Source of the DNA: Victivallis vadensis
GTDB lineage: Bacteria > Verrucomicrobiota > Lentisphaeria > Victivallales > Victivallaceae
Length of the DNA: 64,000 nucleotides
Assembly (NCBI GenBank): GCA_040394635.1
Contig: JBEBRW010000010.1
Location: 39,340-103,339, forward strand
Direction of reading: 5' to 3'
This document shows positions 9,611 through 16,688 of the stretch, piece by piece. Every line of letters starts with the position of its first letter. The stretch's first letter is position 1. The notes beneath the pieces are model-generated. The model was given only the letters and a program-made list of their open reading frames with translations. It made no database searches and had not been told where the DNA came from. Made by a program: the position numbers and the translations under genes.

Positions 9611-10141
9611 TCAGCAGCTCCTGAAAATGTAGTTGTAAATCATGCCGTATTGCTGCTGGTAAATCCGCAACGAATTCTCACCGGTTTCGACGATCGCCAG
9701 AAGAATGCTCAAACCCTCATCCCCCGATATCGAAAAATGACTCCGCACCACATATCCCTGGAAAACCGGCAAATCATCCGACATCGTGAACTCCGCGATA
9801 ATGAACGAAACCCCGCCGTTCAGCGAAAGCTGCTCCGGGTCGCACGACAGCACGGTGTCGTTGATCACCGCATTCCCGGCCGGCATCTCCATCCGTACAG
9901 CAGCGGCGAGCCGCCCGTCGACGACCGCCACTCCCGGCACCCCGTCTTCCGAACAATCCACCACCTTGAAATACCCCCCATACCCTCCGCCCCCACCGCC
10001 CCATCCTTCCTTCGCCAGGCTGATCCGCTGGCCGGAAGCCGACTGCTCGAGGATGATATTGCTCCCGCTCAAGGGCTTGAGACGCTCGATCTTCTTATTC
10101 AGAAATCGACAGGCACTCTGCCAGTCCAGAAAAGTACTCAT
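9611..10141 (-). CDS. Hypothetical tail/baseplate-associated protein (176 aa) with a Gly run
   Basis: I chose the internal ATG at 10141 (MSTFLDW...). It has an AGGAGAG RBS and avoids overlapping the upstream gene. The protein contains WGGGGGGYGGYF. Confidence 0.6.
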   Translation of the reverse strand: MSTFLDWQSACRFLNKKIERLKPLSGSNIILEQSASGQRISLAKEGWGGGGGGYGGYFKVVDCSEDGVPGVAVVDGRLAAAVRMEMPAGNAVINDTVLSCDPEQLSLNGGVSFIIAEFTMSDDLPVFQGYVVRSHFSISGDEGLSILLAIVETGENSLRIYQQQYGMIYNYIFRSC

Positions 10142-10149
10142 ATTCTCTC

Positions 10150-11610
10150 CTATGCATTGAAAAATGACGAGTTCCAGGTGTAACCGCGCGGCGCGTTTTC
10201 CCACTTGCGGATGATCCGGGTCCATACGTCTCCCTGGTAAACGCAGCGCTCCACCGATTGATGAACCTTGCGCCAGCTGCCGTTCAGGGAGCTCCTCCCC
10301 TGCAGCGTACCGTTGTGGATGATATCCCGGTCCAGCCAGTCTTTCAGCGAGCTCATGTTGGTATGGGGTTCACCGGACTTGTACGAGGTCAGGGTGATGG
10401 TGAAGCATTCCAGTGGATTTTCCACGAAATTCAGCGGCAGCTGCGAGTCGGAAATCAACGGGCACTGGCTCGAGCTGCTCCAATCCGGGTATTCGGAATA
10501 ACTGCCGCCATTATCGACCCAGCCGCATTCGACGGCGGAAAATTTATGGTAGGTCAGTTCCACGTTGCTTTCGGTACTGCCGTCGAAACTGTCCGGTATA
10601 TTCGAATAAGTCGGGTACAGGTAAGAAGGCTCGCGCGCCACCATGGTAATCTCCCATTCGCCCGGATTGCTGCGGCGGCTCTCCACGGAGGCGATGATAA
10701 AACCGCTCTCCGACCAGGATGCGGCATCGCTGCCAGTGGCCGGGCGAAACTCCTCCAGATCCTCGTCACGCACCCGCCAGCGCCCCGTGTAAGATACCTC
10801 GCGCACCATTTCGCCGGTGCCGAAAGTGATGTACTTCAAGCGGTCCGAGCGCCGGATATCGAGCAGCCGCATGCCGGAATACACCGCCGTCAAACTCACG
10901 TGATAACCGTACACTCCCACTGCCGAACAATTCCGAGACGACACCACGTAATTCTCGCCGGCCCACGCCGCCCCCTGCCCCACATCGTTTTCCTGCAGGA
11001 ACTCCTCGATTTTTTCCAGGCTCACCTGCCAGCGCGCCGTTTTGGTGCATTCCAGTTCGCCGGTTTTGCGTTCGCTCGGCAGTCCCAGCATCAGCGTGCT
11101 CATGTCGCGGATTTTCAGCCGGACGTCCCACTCGCCTTCGGGCTTCTGCGAAGCACTGATATTGTCGCAATAAAAATTCTCGCCGGCCCAGATGATGAGA
11201 TCCCCCACCTGCGGCAGCCACTCCTGCAAGGTCTCGTCGTTGATCAGAAACGACGCGTTGATTTCGTGTTCCAGATTGTTGTTGATCTGCCGCGAAAACC
11301 CGGTCATCAGCGATTCCAGGTTTTTCTTGCGCGCCGCAAACGTCACCGTGTACAAATTGCGCATCTGCCCGGAATCGGCCTTGATCGAGGTGACCACCCA
11401 GTCGCTGTCCTCGTGATAACTGCTGCTGTCGGTGTTGGGGACCTTCAGGGCGTCGCCGATCTGCCCGACCCACGCCTCAACCTCATCGCGAAACGCATCC
11501 CAACGCTCGAAATCGCCCGCTTCCGGCAGGATCTCCCAGACCAGCGTCCGGAAAATCTGGTTGGCGTTATCAACACTGAATCCAATGTTGTTTTTATGTG
11601 TCAACTGCAT
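10150..11610 (-). CDS. Tail hub / distal-tail-like protein (486 aa) made of 3-4 tandem ~80-aa modules
   Basis: It follows the chaperone genes and the short protein at the tape-measure position. Internal repeats share L(E/Q)E(F/W)...W(A/S)(G/E)(E/S)(N/G)(F/Y)...GEW(D/E)(V/I). Confidence 0.65.
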   Translation of the reverse strand: MQLTHKNNIGFSVDNANQIFRTLVWEILPEAGDFERWDAFRDEVEAWVGQIGDALKVPNTDSSSYHEDSDWVVTSIKADSGQMRNLYTVTFAARKKNLESLMTGFSRQINNNLEHEINASFLINDETLQEWLPQVGDLIIWAGENFYCDNISASQKPEGEWDVRLKIRDMSTLMLGLPSERKTGELECTKTARWQVSLEKIEEFLQENDVGQGAAWAGENYVVSSRNCSAVGVYGYHVSLTAVYSGMRLLDIRRSDRLKYITFGTGEMVREVSYTGRWRVRDEDLEEFRPATGSDAASWSESGFIIASVESRRSNPGEWEITMVAREPSYLYPTYSNIPDSFDGSTESNVELTYHKFSAVECGWVDNGGSYSEYPDWSSSSQCPLISDSQLPLNFVENPLECFTITLTSYKSGEPHTNMSSLKDWLDRDIIHNGTLQGRSSLNGSWRKVHQSVERCVYQGDVWTRIIRKWENAPRGYTWNSSFFNA

Positions 11611-11622
11611 ATTTTTTCCTCA

Positions 11623-12063
11623 TTAATCATTTATTTCCAACCCGTCCCGCTTCTGCTCGCCCAGACGCTCGGTGTTCTGCTCGACCGCCCGGATCAGGTC
11701 ATCCAGCCTCAGCTGCAGCTCGCGCAGGACCTCCGCCATCTGCTCATCGCTTCCGCCCCGTTCCTGCCGGTTTTCGTTATTGAAAATCCGGCGGCTCGAA
11801 TCGGTCCGGATATTCTGTTCGATTTCCGTGACGGCTCCATAGCTGATCTGCGAATTCATCTCTGCCGAAGCCGCCGGAGTTCCGCCGTAATACGCCGCGC
11901 CGTGCAGGACATTCGTGGTGGCGTGCCCCGCGGAATTTTCGCTGCCGGAATTCACCCCGCTGAGCTGACTGGCGCCGAGCAGCTCTTCGAACCGCCTCAG
12001 ATAATGCTCCAGCAGTTCAGGGACGTATCCGTTCCCTTCATATTCAAATGTCGGTGTACTCAT
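11623..12063 (-). CDS. Small protein (146 aa) at the position normally held by the tape-measure gene
   Basis: ATGA start/stop overlap with the upstream -1 frame ORF. The C-terminal part looks helical (DEQMAEVLRELQLRLDDLIRAVEQNTERLGEQ). Confidence 0.65.
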   Translation of the reverse strand: MSTPTFEYEGNGYVPELLEHYLRRFEELLGASQLSGVNSGSENSAGHATTNVLHGAAYYGGTPAASAEMNSQISYGAVTEIEQNIRTDSSRRIFNNENRQERGGSDEQMAEVLRELQLRLDDLIRAVEQNTERLGEQKRDGLEIND

Positions 12064-12467
12064 TTTTCAACCTTTTCACTGTTATTGATTATTTCCTGCG
12101 CGGTGTATTCCCGGTCGGTGCTGACCATGGTTTTGTCTTCATTGATACGGTGTGCCAGCTCCAGCGCCGCCCTGAGCTTCTCGCCCGACACCACACTGCC
12201 GGAGCTCCGCTGAAAAGCACTTCCGCGGCGGCGGCGCATTTCATCGAGCAGTGTTTCATTTTTCTGCAGCGATGTGCTTAACGCAATCACCGGGTATTCG
12301 AGCATGCTGTTTGCCTGCGCCCGGTCGGCGAGCGAAACCAGCGCCATGAAGATATTCAGCGGCTCACTCAGCAAACGTTCCAGCGTGTAACCGCCGAAAA
12401 CCTGCAGGACCCGGGCGGCGGCAAACTCAAAATCAGGCTCGCGGAATTCCCTGTTCAGTTTTTTTTT
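12060..12467 (-). CDS. -1 frame extension of the tail assembly chaperone (T part of a G/GT-like fusion)
   Basis: The -1 frame is open from the A9 run down to the stop at 12060. No ATG or good RBS of its own lies near the 5' end; the ORF track could only start it at a TTG at 12374. Confidence 0.55.
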   Translation of the reverse strand, partial: KKKLNREFREPDFEFAAARVLQVFGGYTLERLLSEPLNIFMALVSLADRAQANSMLEYPVIALSTSLQKNETLLDEMRRRRGSAFQRSSGSVVSGEKLRAALELAHRINEDKTMVSTDREYTAQEIINNSEKVEK

Positions 12468-12799
12468 GAGCCGTTTTCTTCAGCCTCGAAATCGCTGCCG
12501 AACGCCATATACATCCCCAGCTCAATCAGCCCGGCATAGCCGAGCCGGAACAAATCGCAGCTCAATCCTTCCGGGAAATACGGCGCCAGCAAATCACAGA
12601 TCCGCCGCCCGCCCCGTTCCATCAATCCGGTCCTGGACGCCAGGTCCAGATCCGCCGCGGCGCAATCCTGCTCCACCTCCCGGATCATCTCATTGAGCCT
12701 GTCGTAATCCAGGATCGAAAGCTTCCGCACTTCCACTTCTTCGCCGCCGCCGATCCGCAGCCGCACCGTCCGTTCCCCAAGCTTCGGAAAAAATCGCAT
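12455..12799 (-). CDS. Tail assembly chaperone (G-like, 114 aa)
   Basis: A small acidic protein immediately after the tube-like gene. It ends at the slippery run. Position and size match the lambda G paradigm. Confidence 0.7.
   Translation of the reverse strand: MRFFPKLGERTVRLRIGGGEEVEVRKLSILDYDRLNEMIREVEQDCAAADLDLASRTGLMERGGRRICDLLAPYFPEGLSCDLFRLGYAGLIELGMYMAFGSDFEAEENGSKKN
12461..12467 (-). other. Candidate -1 programmed ribosomal frameshift slippery heptamer A_AAA_AAA
   Basis: The minus strand reads TCA AAA AAA AAC TGA in frame 0, from a run of nine A (12459..12467). The heptamer is in X_XXY_YYZ register, two codons before the stop. Confidence 0.6.
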
Positions 12800-12812
12800 T
12801 TGCCGGCTCCTT

Positions 12813-13286
12813 TCAGTTGACGCTGATCTTTTTCATGATGACCCCGCTGCTGTCGGGATACGCCGTGAATTCAACCGCGAGCACATGCTCCTGGTTGCCG
12901 TCCAGCCGGTAGGTGCACGAGGGGCGCATTACCGCCGCCGGGAACTCATAACCGGCTTTGTCATCCGGGTTGACCGGCGTCAGGCGCAGCAGCCCGCTCC
13001 GGCTTTTCAGGTCCACGCCGATGAGGCCGAGATTGATTTCGCCTGTGTCGTCGAGCATGGTTTCGAAGGCTTTGTCGATCTCCTTCAGATCGGCGCTGAT
13101 GCTTACCTTCATGCCGGTCACAATCTCGCGCAATATTGCACCGCCGCTCTGGTCGCATTTGGATTCGTACACCTGCGGCTCGATCTTGATTTGCGGCGGA
13201 TTCTGGGTGCCCCCCAATACCTGATTTTTGAACGTCAGGGCGCATGAGCCGATTTTGAAATTCTGGACGTCATAACTGTTTGACAT
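12813..13286 (-). CDS. Major tail (tube)-like protein, 157 aa
   Basis: Only the C-terminal 157 aa of track ORF 12813..14183 are credible. The ATG at 13286 (MSNSYDVQNFKIG...) follows AAGGAG by 6 nt. The upstream part of the track ORF is antisense to the scaffold and capsid genes. It is the first gene of the leftward operon. Confidence 0.7.
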   Translation of the reverse strand: MSNSYDVQNFKIGSCALTFKNQVLGGTQNPPQIKIEPQVYESKCDQSGGAILREIVTGMKVSISADLKEIDKAFETMLDDTGEINLGLIGVDLKSRSGLLRLTPVNPDDKAGYEFPAAVMRPSCTYRLDGNQEHVLAVEFTAYPDSSGVIMKKISVN

Positions 13287-13327
13287 GTTGATCTCCTTTC
13301 GGGTTGTTGTCTGTGAACTAACTTTAC

Positions 13328-13376
13328 GAAAAAGGTCAACCTGACGCTCATTTCGTGCGTGAAGTTGACCTTTTTC
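13328..13376. promoter_or_regulatory. Perfect 13-bp inverted repeat (GAAAAAGGTCAAC-N23-GTTGACCTTTTTC) in the divergent head/tail control region
   Basis: Read directly from the sequence. Each arm carries an outward-facing TTGACC, a -35-like hexamer. Confidence 0.4.
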
Positions 13377-13418
13377 ACCAGTTGTAACGACAAACCCCCA
13401 ACCAAAAAGGAGACAGCA

Positions 13419-14036
13419 ATGGAACTGATGGAGATCATCAGAAAAGCCGCGGCCGGCGAAGCTCTGAATCAGGAAGAAAAAGACTTCCTGGCTTCGTACA
13501 AGCCGCAAGATGCCCCGAAAGGGCGGCTGGACAACGAAATAAAGCGGAACCGGGAACTGGCGGCACGCAATCAGGAGCTCACCGCCTCCATCGACGAGTT
13601 GACCGGCAAACTCGAAGATCTGGAATCCCAGTCCGCCCCGGAACCCGTCCGGCAGAGAAGAGAATACATGCGCGAAATCAACCAGCTGAAAAAGAATATC
13701 AAACTGCTGGCCGAAGAACGCGACGGTCACCGCGACGAACTGCAGAAAATCAAATTCCGCAGCCGCGTAACCGATATCGCCGGACATTATCAGTTCAACG
13801 ATCCGGAGTATCTCGAATATCTGCTGGGCAAGAATCAGCTCGATGCCGAAGACCCCGAACAGGTCAAGGACTTCATGGCCCGTATCCGCGAGGAAATGCC
13901 GCGCCACTTCAAGGTGCAGCTGCGTCCCGGCGGCGGCAGCAATCCCGGTCACGACCATCTCGCTGATTTCACCTCGGCCCAACAATCCGGCGACATCATG
14001 CAAATGCTTTGCCACGCCCCCGAACTCAAGAACTAA
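13419..14036 (+). CDS. Scaffolding-like coiled-coil protein
   Basis: The ATG at 13419 follows AAGGAGA. The protein (MELMEIIRKAAAGE...) is charged and heptad-like (NRELAARNQELTASIDELTGKLEDLESQ). It lies directly upstream of the capsid-like gene. Confidence 0.65.
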   Translation: MELMEIIRKAAAGEALNQEEKDFLASYKPQDAPKGRLDNEIKRNRELAARNQELTASIDELTGKLEDLESQSAPEPVRQRREYMREINQLKKNIKLLAEERDGHRDELQKIKFRSRVTDIAGHYQFNDPEYLEYLLGKNQLDAEDPEQVKDFMARIREEMPRHFKVQLRPGGGSNPGHDHLADFTSAQQSGDIMQMLCHAPELKN

Positions 14037-14051
14037 AAAAAGGAAAAAAAC

Positions 14052-15200
14052 ATGACTCTCTACACCTACAGCTTCCAGGAAAAACGCCGCGACCTCTCCG
14101 ACATCCTCTCCACCGTGATCAAGAATGAACCCCGCTTCATCTCCTGCTTCAAACGCGTGGGCGACGCCACCCAGCAGAAACACGAGTGGCTCGAGGATCA
14201 GATCGCCGGCCGTTCCGTGACCGTGCAGTCCGTCAGCACCGGCGTCATCACGCTCTCCGCTGCCGACGCCGCCAAGGTCAAGGTCGGCACGCTGCTGGTG
14301 ATCAAAGACGATTCGGCCCTGTTCCGCATCGCCCAGATCAACAGCGCCACCACCTTCACGCTGGCCAAAGTCGCGGCCAACGGCTCAACCACGGCCGCTC
14401 CGGCCGCAGGCGCCGTCATGAACATCGTCAGCACCCCGATCGCGGAAGGCAGCGCCACCGGCGAAGGCGAAGAAACCTCGCACCTCTCCGATACCGCGTA
14501 CAACTGCACCCAGATCTTCCGCAAAGACATCGTGATCACCGGCTCGGCCCTGGCCATCAGCGTGGCCGGCAATGTCGACAACCAGCTGAACCGCCAGACC
14601 AATTTCGCCCTCGGCGAACTCTCCCGCGACCTGAATCGCGTGGCGCTCTTCGGCCGCCGTACCGAAAACACGGTCGCGGCCCGCGGTGAAATCGGCGGTC
14701 TCTACTACTTCACCGAAAACAGCGCGCTGAAGATCAATGCCAACGGCTCGATCATCGACAGTTTCATGATCAACGACGGTGCCCAGGCCGTCCTCGGCGA
14801 AGGCGGTGTTCCCACCCAGATCCTCTGTTCGCCCGGACAGGCCCGCGTGCTCTCCAACGAGTACAAGAACCGCCTGCAGATCGTCCGCTCCGACGACGCC
14901 CGCGGCGCCTATGTCGCCGTCATCATCAATGAAAGCAACGGCAGCACCATGACCATCATGGCCGATCCGGACGTACCGGACACCGAAGCCTGGGTGAACG
15001 ACGTCAACGGTTTCGGACTCTCGAACCTGCACGGCCGCGCCATCAGCGACCAGGATTCCACCCCGAAGGGCTTCGACGGCGTCAAGCGCATGGCCCTCGG
15101 CGAGCTGACGCTGGAGTTCAAGAACGCCCACCAGCGCCTCTGCCGCATCTACGGCCTCAAGCCGAGTGCCCAGGCCCTGGCCGCGCTCCGCTCCGAATAA
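14052..15200 (+). CDS. Major capsid protein candidate (382 aa)
   Basis: The call rests on size, an Ala/Gly/Thr/Ser-rich composition, its position after a scaffold-like gene, and the strong hairpin right after its stop. The N-terminal KHEWLEDQ region recalls SU10/DUF5309-type capsid proteins (memory only). Confidence 0.7.
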   Translation: MTLYTYSFQEKRRDLSDILSTVIKNEPRFISCFKRVGDATQQKHEWLEDQIAGRSVTVQSVSTGVITLSAADAAKVKVGTLLVIKDDSALFRIAQINSATTFTLAKVAANGSTTAAPAAGAVMNIVSTPIAEGSATGEGEETSHLSDTAYNCTQIFRKDIVITGSALAISVAGNVDNQLNRQTNFALGELSRDLNRVALFGRRTENTVAARGEIGGLYYFTENSALKINANGSIIDSFMINDGAQAVLGEGGVPTQILCSPGQARVLSNEYKNRLQIVRSDDARGAYVAVIINESNGSTMTIMADPDVPDTEAWVNDVNGFGLSNLHGRAISDQDSTPKGFDGVKRMALGELTLEFKNAHQRLCRIYGLKPSAQALAALRSE

Positions 15201-15212
15201 GTTAACCCCCTT

Positions 15213-15240
15213 CCCCCTGCACCAGCAGGGGGATTTTTTT
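15213..15240 (+). terminator. Stem-loop with a U-tract immediately after the capsid gene
   Basis: CCCCCTGC-ACCA-GCAGGGGG followed by ATTTTTTT. Confidence 0.6.
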
Positions 15241-15256
15241 GATTTCAGGAGAAATT

Positions 15257-15625
15257 ATGATCACACTTGAAGATGCCAACAATTATTTCCAGAATCATCT
15301 GGACGGCGCCAAATGGCTGGCGCTGCCGGAGGAAACCCGCACCGCGGCGCTGCAGATGGCCGCTCGCGACGTCGCCGCCCGGCTGAACCGCGAATCGATC
15401 GATCCCGCCCGGATTTTTCAGCTCTACGCCGCCTGCGAACAGGCCGTTTTTCTGGCACTGGACGAAAGCGGCCGCCGCGAACTTTTCGTGGAAAGCGAGC
15501 AGATCGAGGGCCTCGGCAGCGTCAAATACGCCGCCCCGGCCGGCAACGAAACCGGGTGGTCGCCGCGCGCCCTCCGTTTCATCGAATGCGAGCTGAATTT
15601 ATTTCCGCGCATCGGCCGCGGCTGA
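15257..15625 (+). CDS. Head-tail adaptor / connector-like small protein (122 aa)
   Basis: The ATG at 15257 lies 6 nt after AGGAGA (the track starts at a TTG at 15239). The N-terminus ITLEDANNYF...W..L.EE.R.AAL..A resembles gp6/DnaT-like head-tail connector families (memory). Confidence 0.6.
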   Translation: MITLEDANNYFQNHLDGAKWLALPEETRTAALQMAARDVAARLNRESIDPARIFQLYAACEQAVFLALDESGRRELFVESEQIEGLGSVKYAAPAGNETGWSPRALRFIECELNLFPRIGRG

Positions 15626-15633
15626 ATTCTCCC

Positions 15634-15669
15634 AGTCGGACCCGTCGGACCTGTCGGACGAGTCCGACT
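15634..15669. repeat. 9-nt-period array: 3 x GTCGGAC then 1 x GTCCGAC (member of the intergenic element family)
   Basis: The units are agtcggacc cgtcggacc tgtcggacg agtccgact. The junction GTCGGAC-GA-GTCCGAC is a perfect palindrome. The array lies between convergent gene ends. Confidence 0.85.
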
Positions 15670-16465
15670 ATTTATTGCGCTTGAAATTCCAGAGGGCTTC
15701 GTCTTTGTTTCCGCCGGGCCAACCCAGCTTGTAGATATTCTTGACTTCAAGATCGCCGTAGCCCCAGCCCGAATGTGTATAGCCCAACGCCTCAGAAGTC
15801 ACGTGTCCGTCGATCCAACCGATATTGGCGCGTCCGTTGTGGCGGAAATGCATGGTCGGACTGGCTCCGCCCCATCCCTCATCCGTCTCGTCTTCCTTCA
15901 GGTAAATCGGCGCAAACATATCGTATTGCTCCACAAAGACCCCGCCGTTGATTCCGGCGTTATCGGCGAAAACCACCGTTTGCGACGGCTTCTTGATCTC
16001 CGAGGTTTTCGCCGGGAAACTCGCCGGCCACTCCATCCACTTGCTGCCGATCACCGCAGAATATCCGTAACCGCCGTTTCCGTTGTTGGTATCGGCGACA
16101 TCGCCGAAGACGCCCGTCGGACACCGCCGGATTCCCTCGCTGTTACCCAGGAAATCGTTCAATCCGCCTTCCGGTTTGATATCGCTGGTGCCGTAGGAGC
16201 CGCCGGTGGCTTTGCCGCACCAGATATCCGAGCCCACGGCCAGGGGAATGAAATATCCCTCGTAATTGTCGCAATAAAGATTCAGCGCCAGCGGCAGTTG
16301 TTTGAGGTTGTTGGTGCAGCTGATCATTTTGGCTTTTTCGCGGGCGGAATTCAGCGCGGGCAAGAGCATTCCGGCCAGGATGGCGATGATCGCGATCACT
16401 ACGAGGAGTTCAATGAGGGTGAAATCATTGACGGACAGACGGCAGGTACGGGTGTGCTTAAACAT
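15668..16465 (-). CDS. Prepilin-type N-terminal cleavage/methylation domain protein (DUF1559-like pseudopilin)
   Basis: The ATG at 16465 gives [38 protein letters not shown]. The C-terminal box is [16 protein letters not shown]. Confidence 0.85.
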   Translation of the reverse strand: MFKHTRTCRLSVNDFTLIELLVVIAIIAILAGMLLPALNSAREKAKMISCTNNLKQLPLALNLYCDNYEGYFIPLAVGSDIWCGKATGGSYGTSDIKPEGGLNDFLGNSEGIRRCPTGVFGDVADTNNGNGGYGYSAVIGSKWMEWPASFPAKTSEIKKPSQTVVFADNAGINGGVFVEQYDMFAPIYLKEDETDEGWGGASPTMHFRHNGRANIGWIDGHVTSEALGYTHSGWGYGDLEVKNIYKLGWPGGNKDEALWNFKRNK

Positions 16466-16688
16466 TTTTTGACCTTTGGTGTTACGCGCACTATGCATTT
16501 CTGCTCTCAAAGTACGGGGTCCGACTCATGGCTTTCACCATTTACGGTTGCGCGACAGTTCCCGGTTTTCACGGGATTCACCGTTCTCGCTTTGAGATTT
16601 GCATATAATATAATGCCCGTGACGGAAAAATCAATCCATTTGTTGAAAATATGGTTTACAAATCCACAAACAGGCTGTAAATTATTAG

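Larger units (their letters stand above)
3995..15625. mobile_element. Phage-derived structural-gene island (head module on +, non-contractile tail module on -); no mobility, packaging, lysis or replication genes seen
   Basis: Gene content and order are listed in the individual CDS entries. The island is flanked by ordinary chromosomal genes (transporter on the left, pseudopilin and dinG on the right). Confidence 0.7.

Noticed and set aside
10258-12213. 651-aa + strand ORF across the tail genes
   Set aside because: It is antisense to four tightly packed minus-strand genes that have RBSs and sensible composition. It is Arg/Pro/His-rich.
12372-12374. Independent TTG start for the ORF 12060..12374 given in the track
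   Set aside because: There is no RBS upstream. The frame is open a further ~90 nt up to the A9 slippery run, so a -1 frameshift fusion explains the ORF better than an independent start.
13287-14183. N-terminal 299 aa of track ORF 12813..14183
   Set aside because: This part is antisense to the scaffold and capsid genes and has a Phe/Gly/Glu/Val low-complexity composition. A strong RBS plus ATG at 13286 defines the real 157-aa product.
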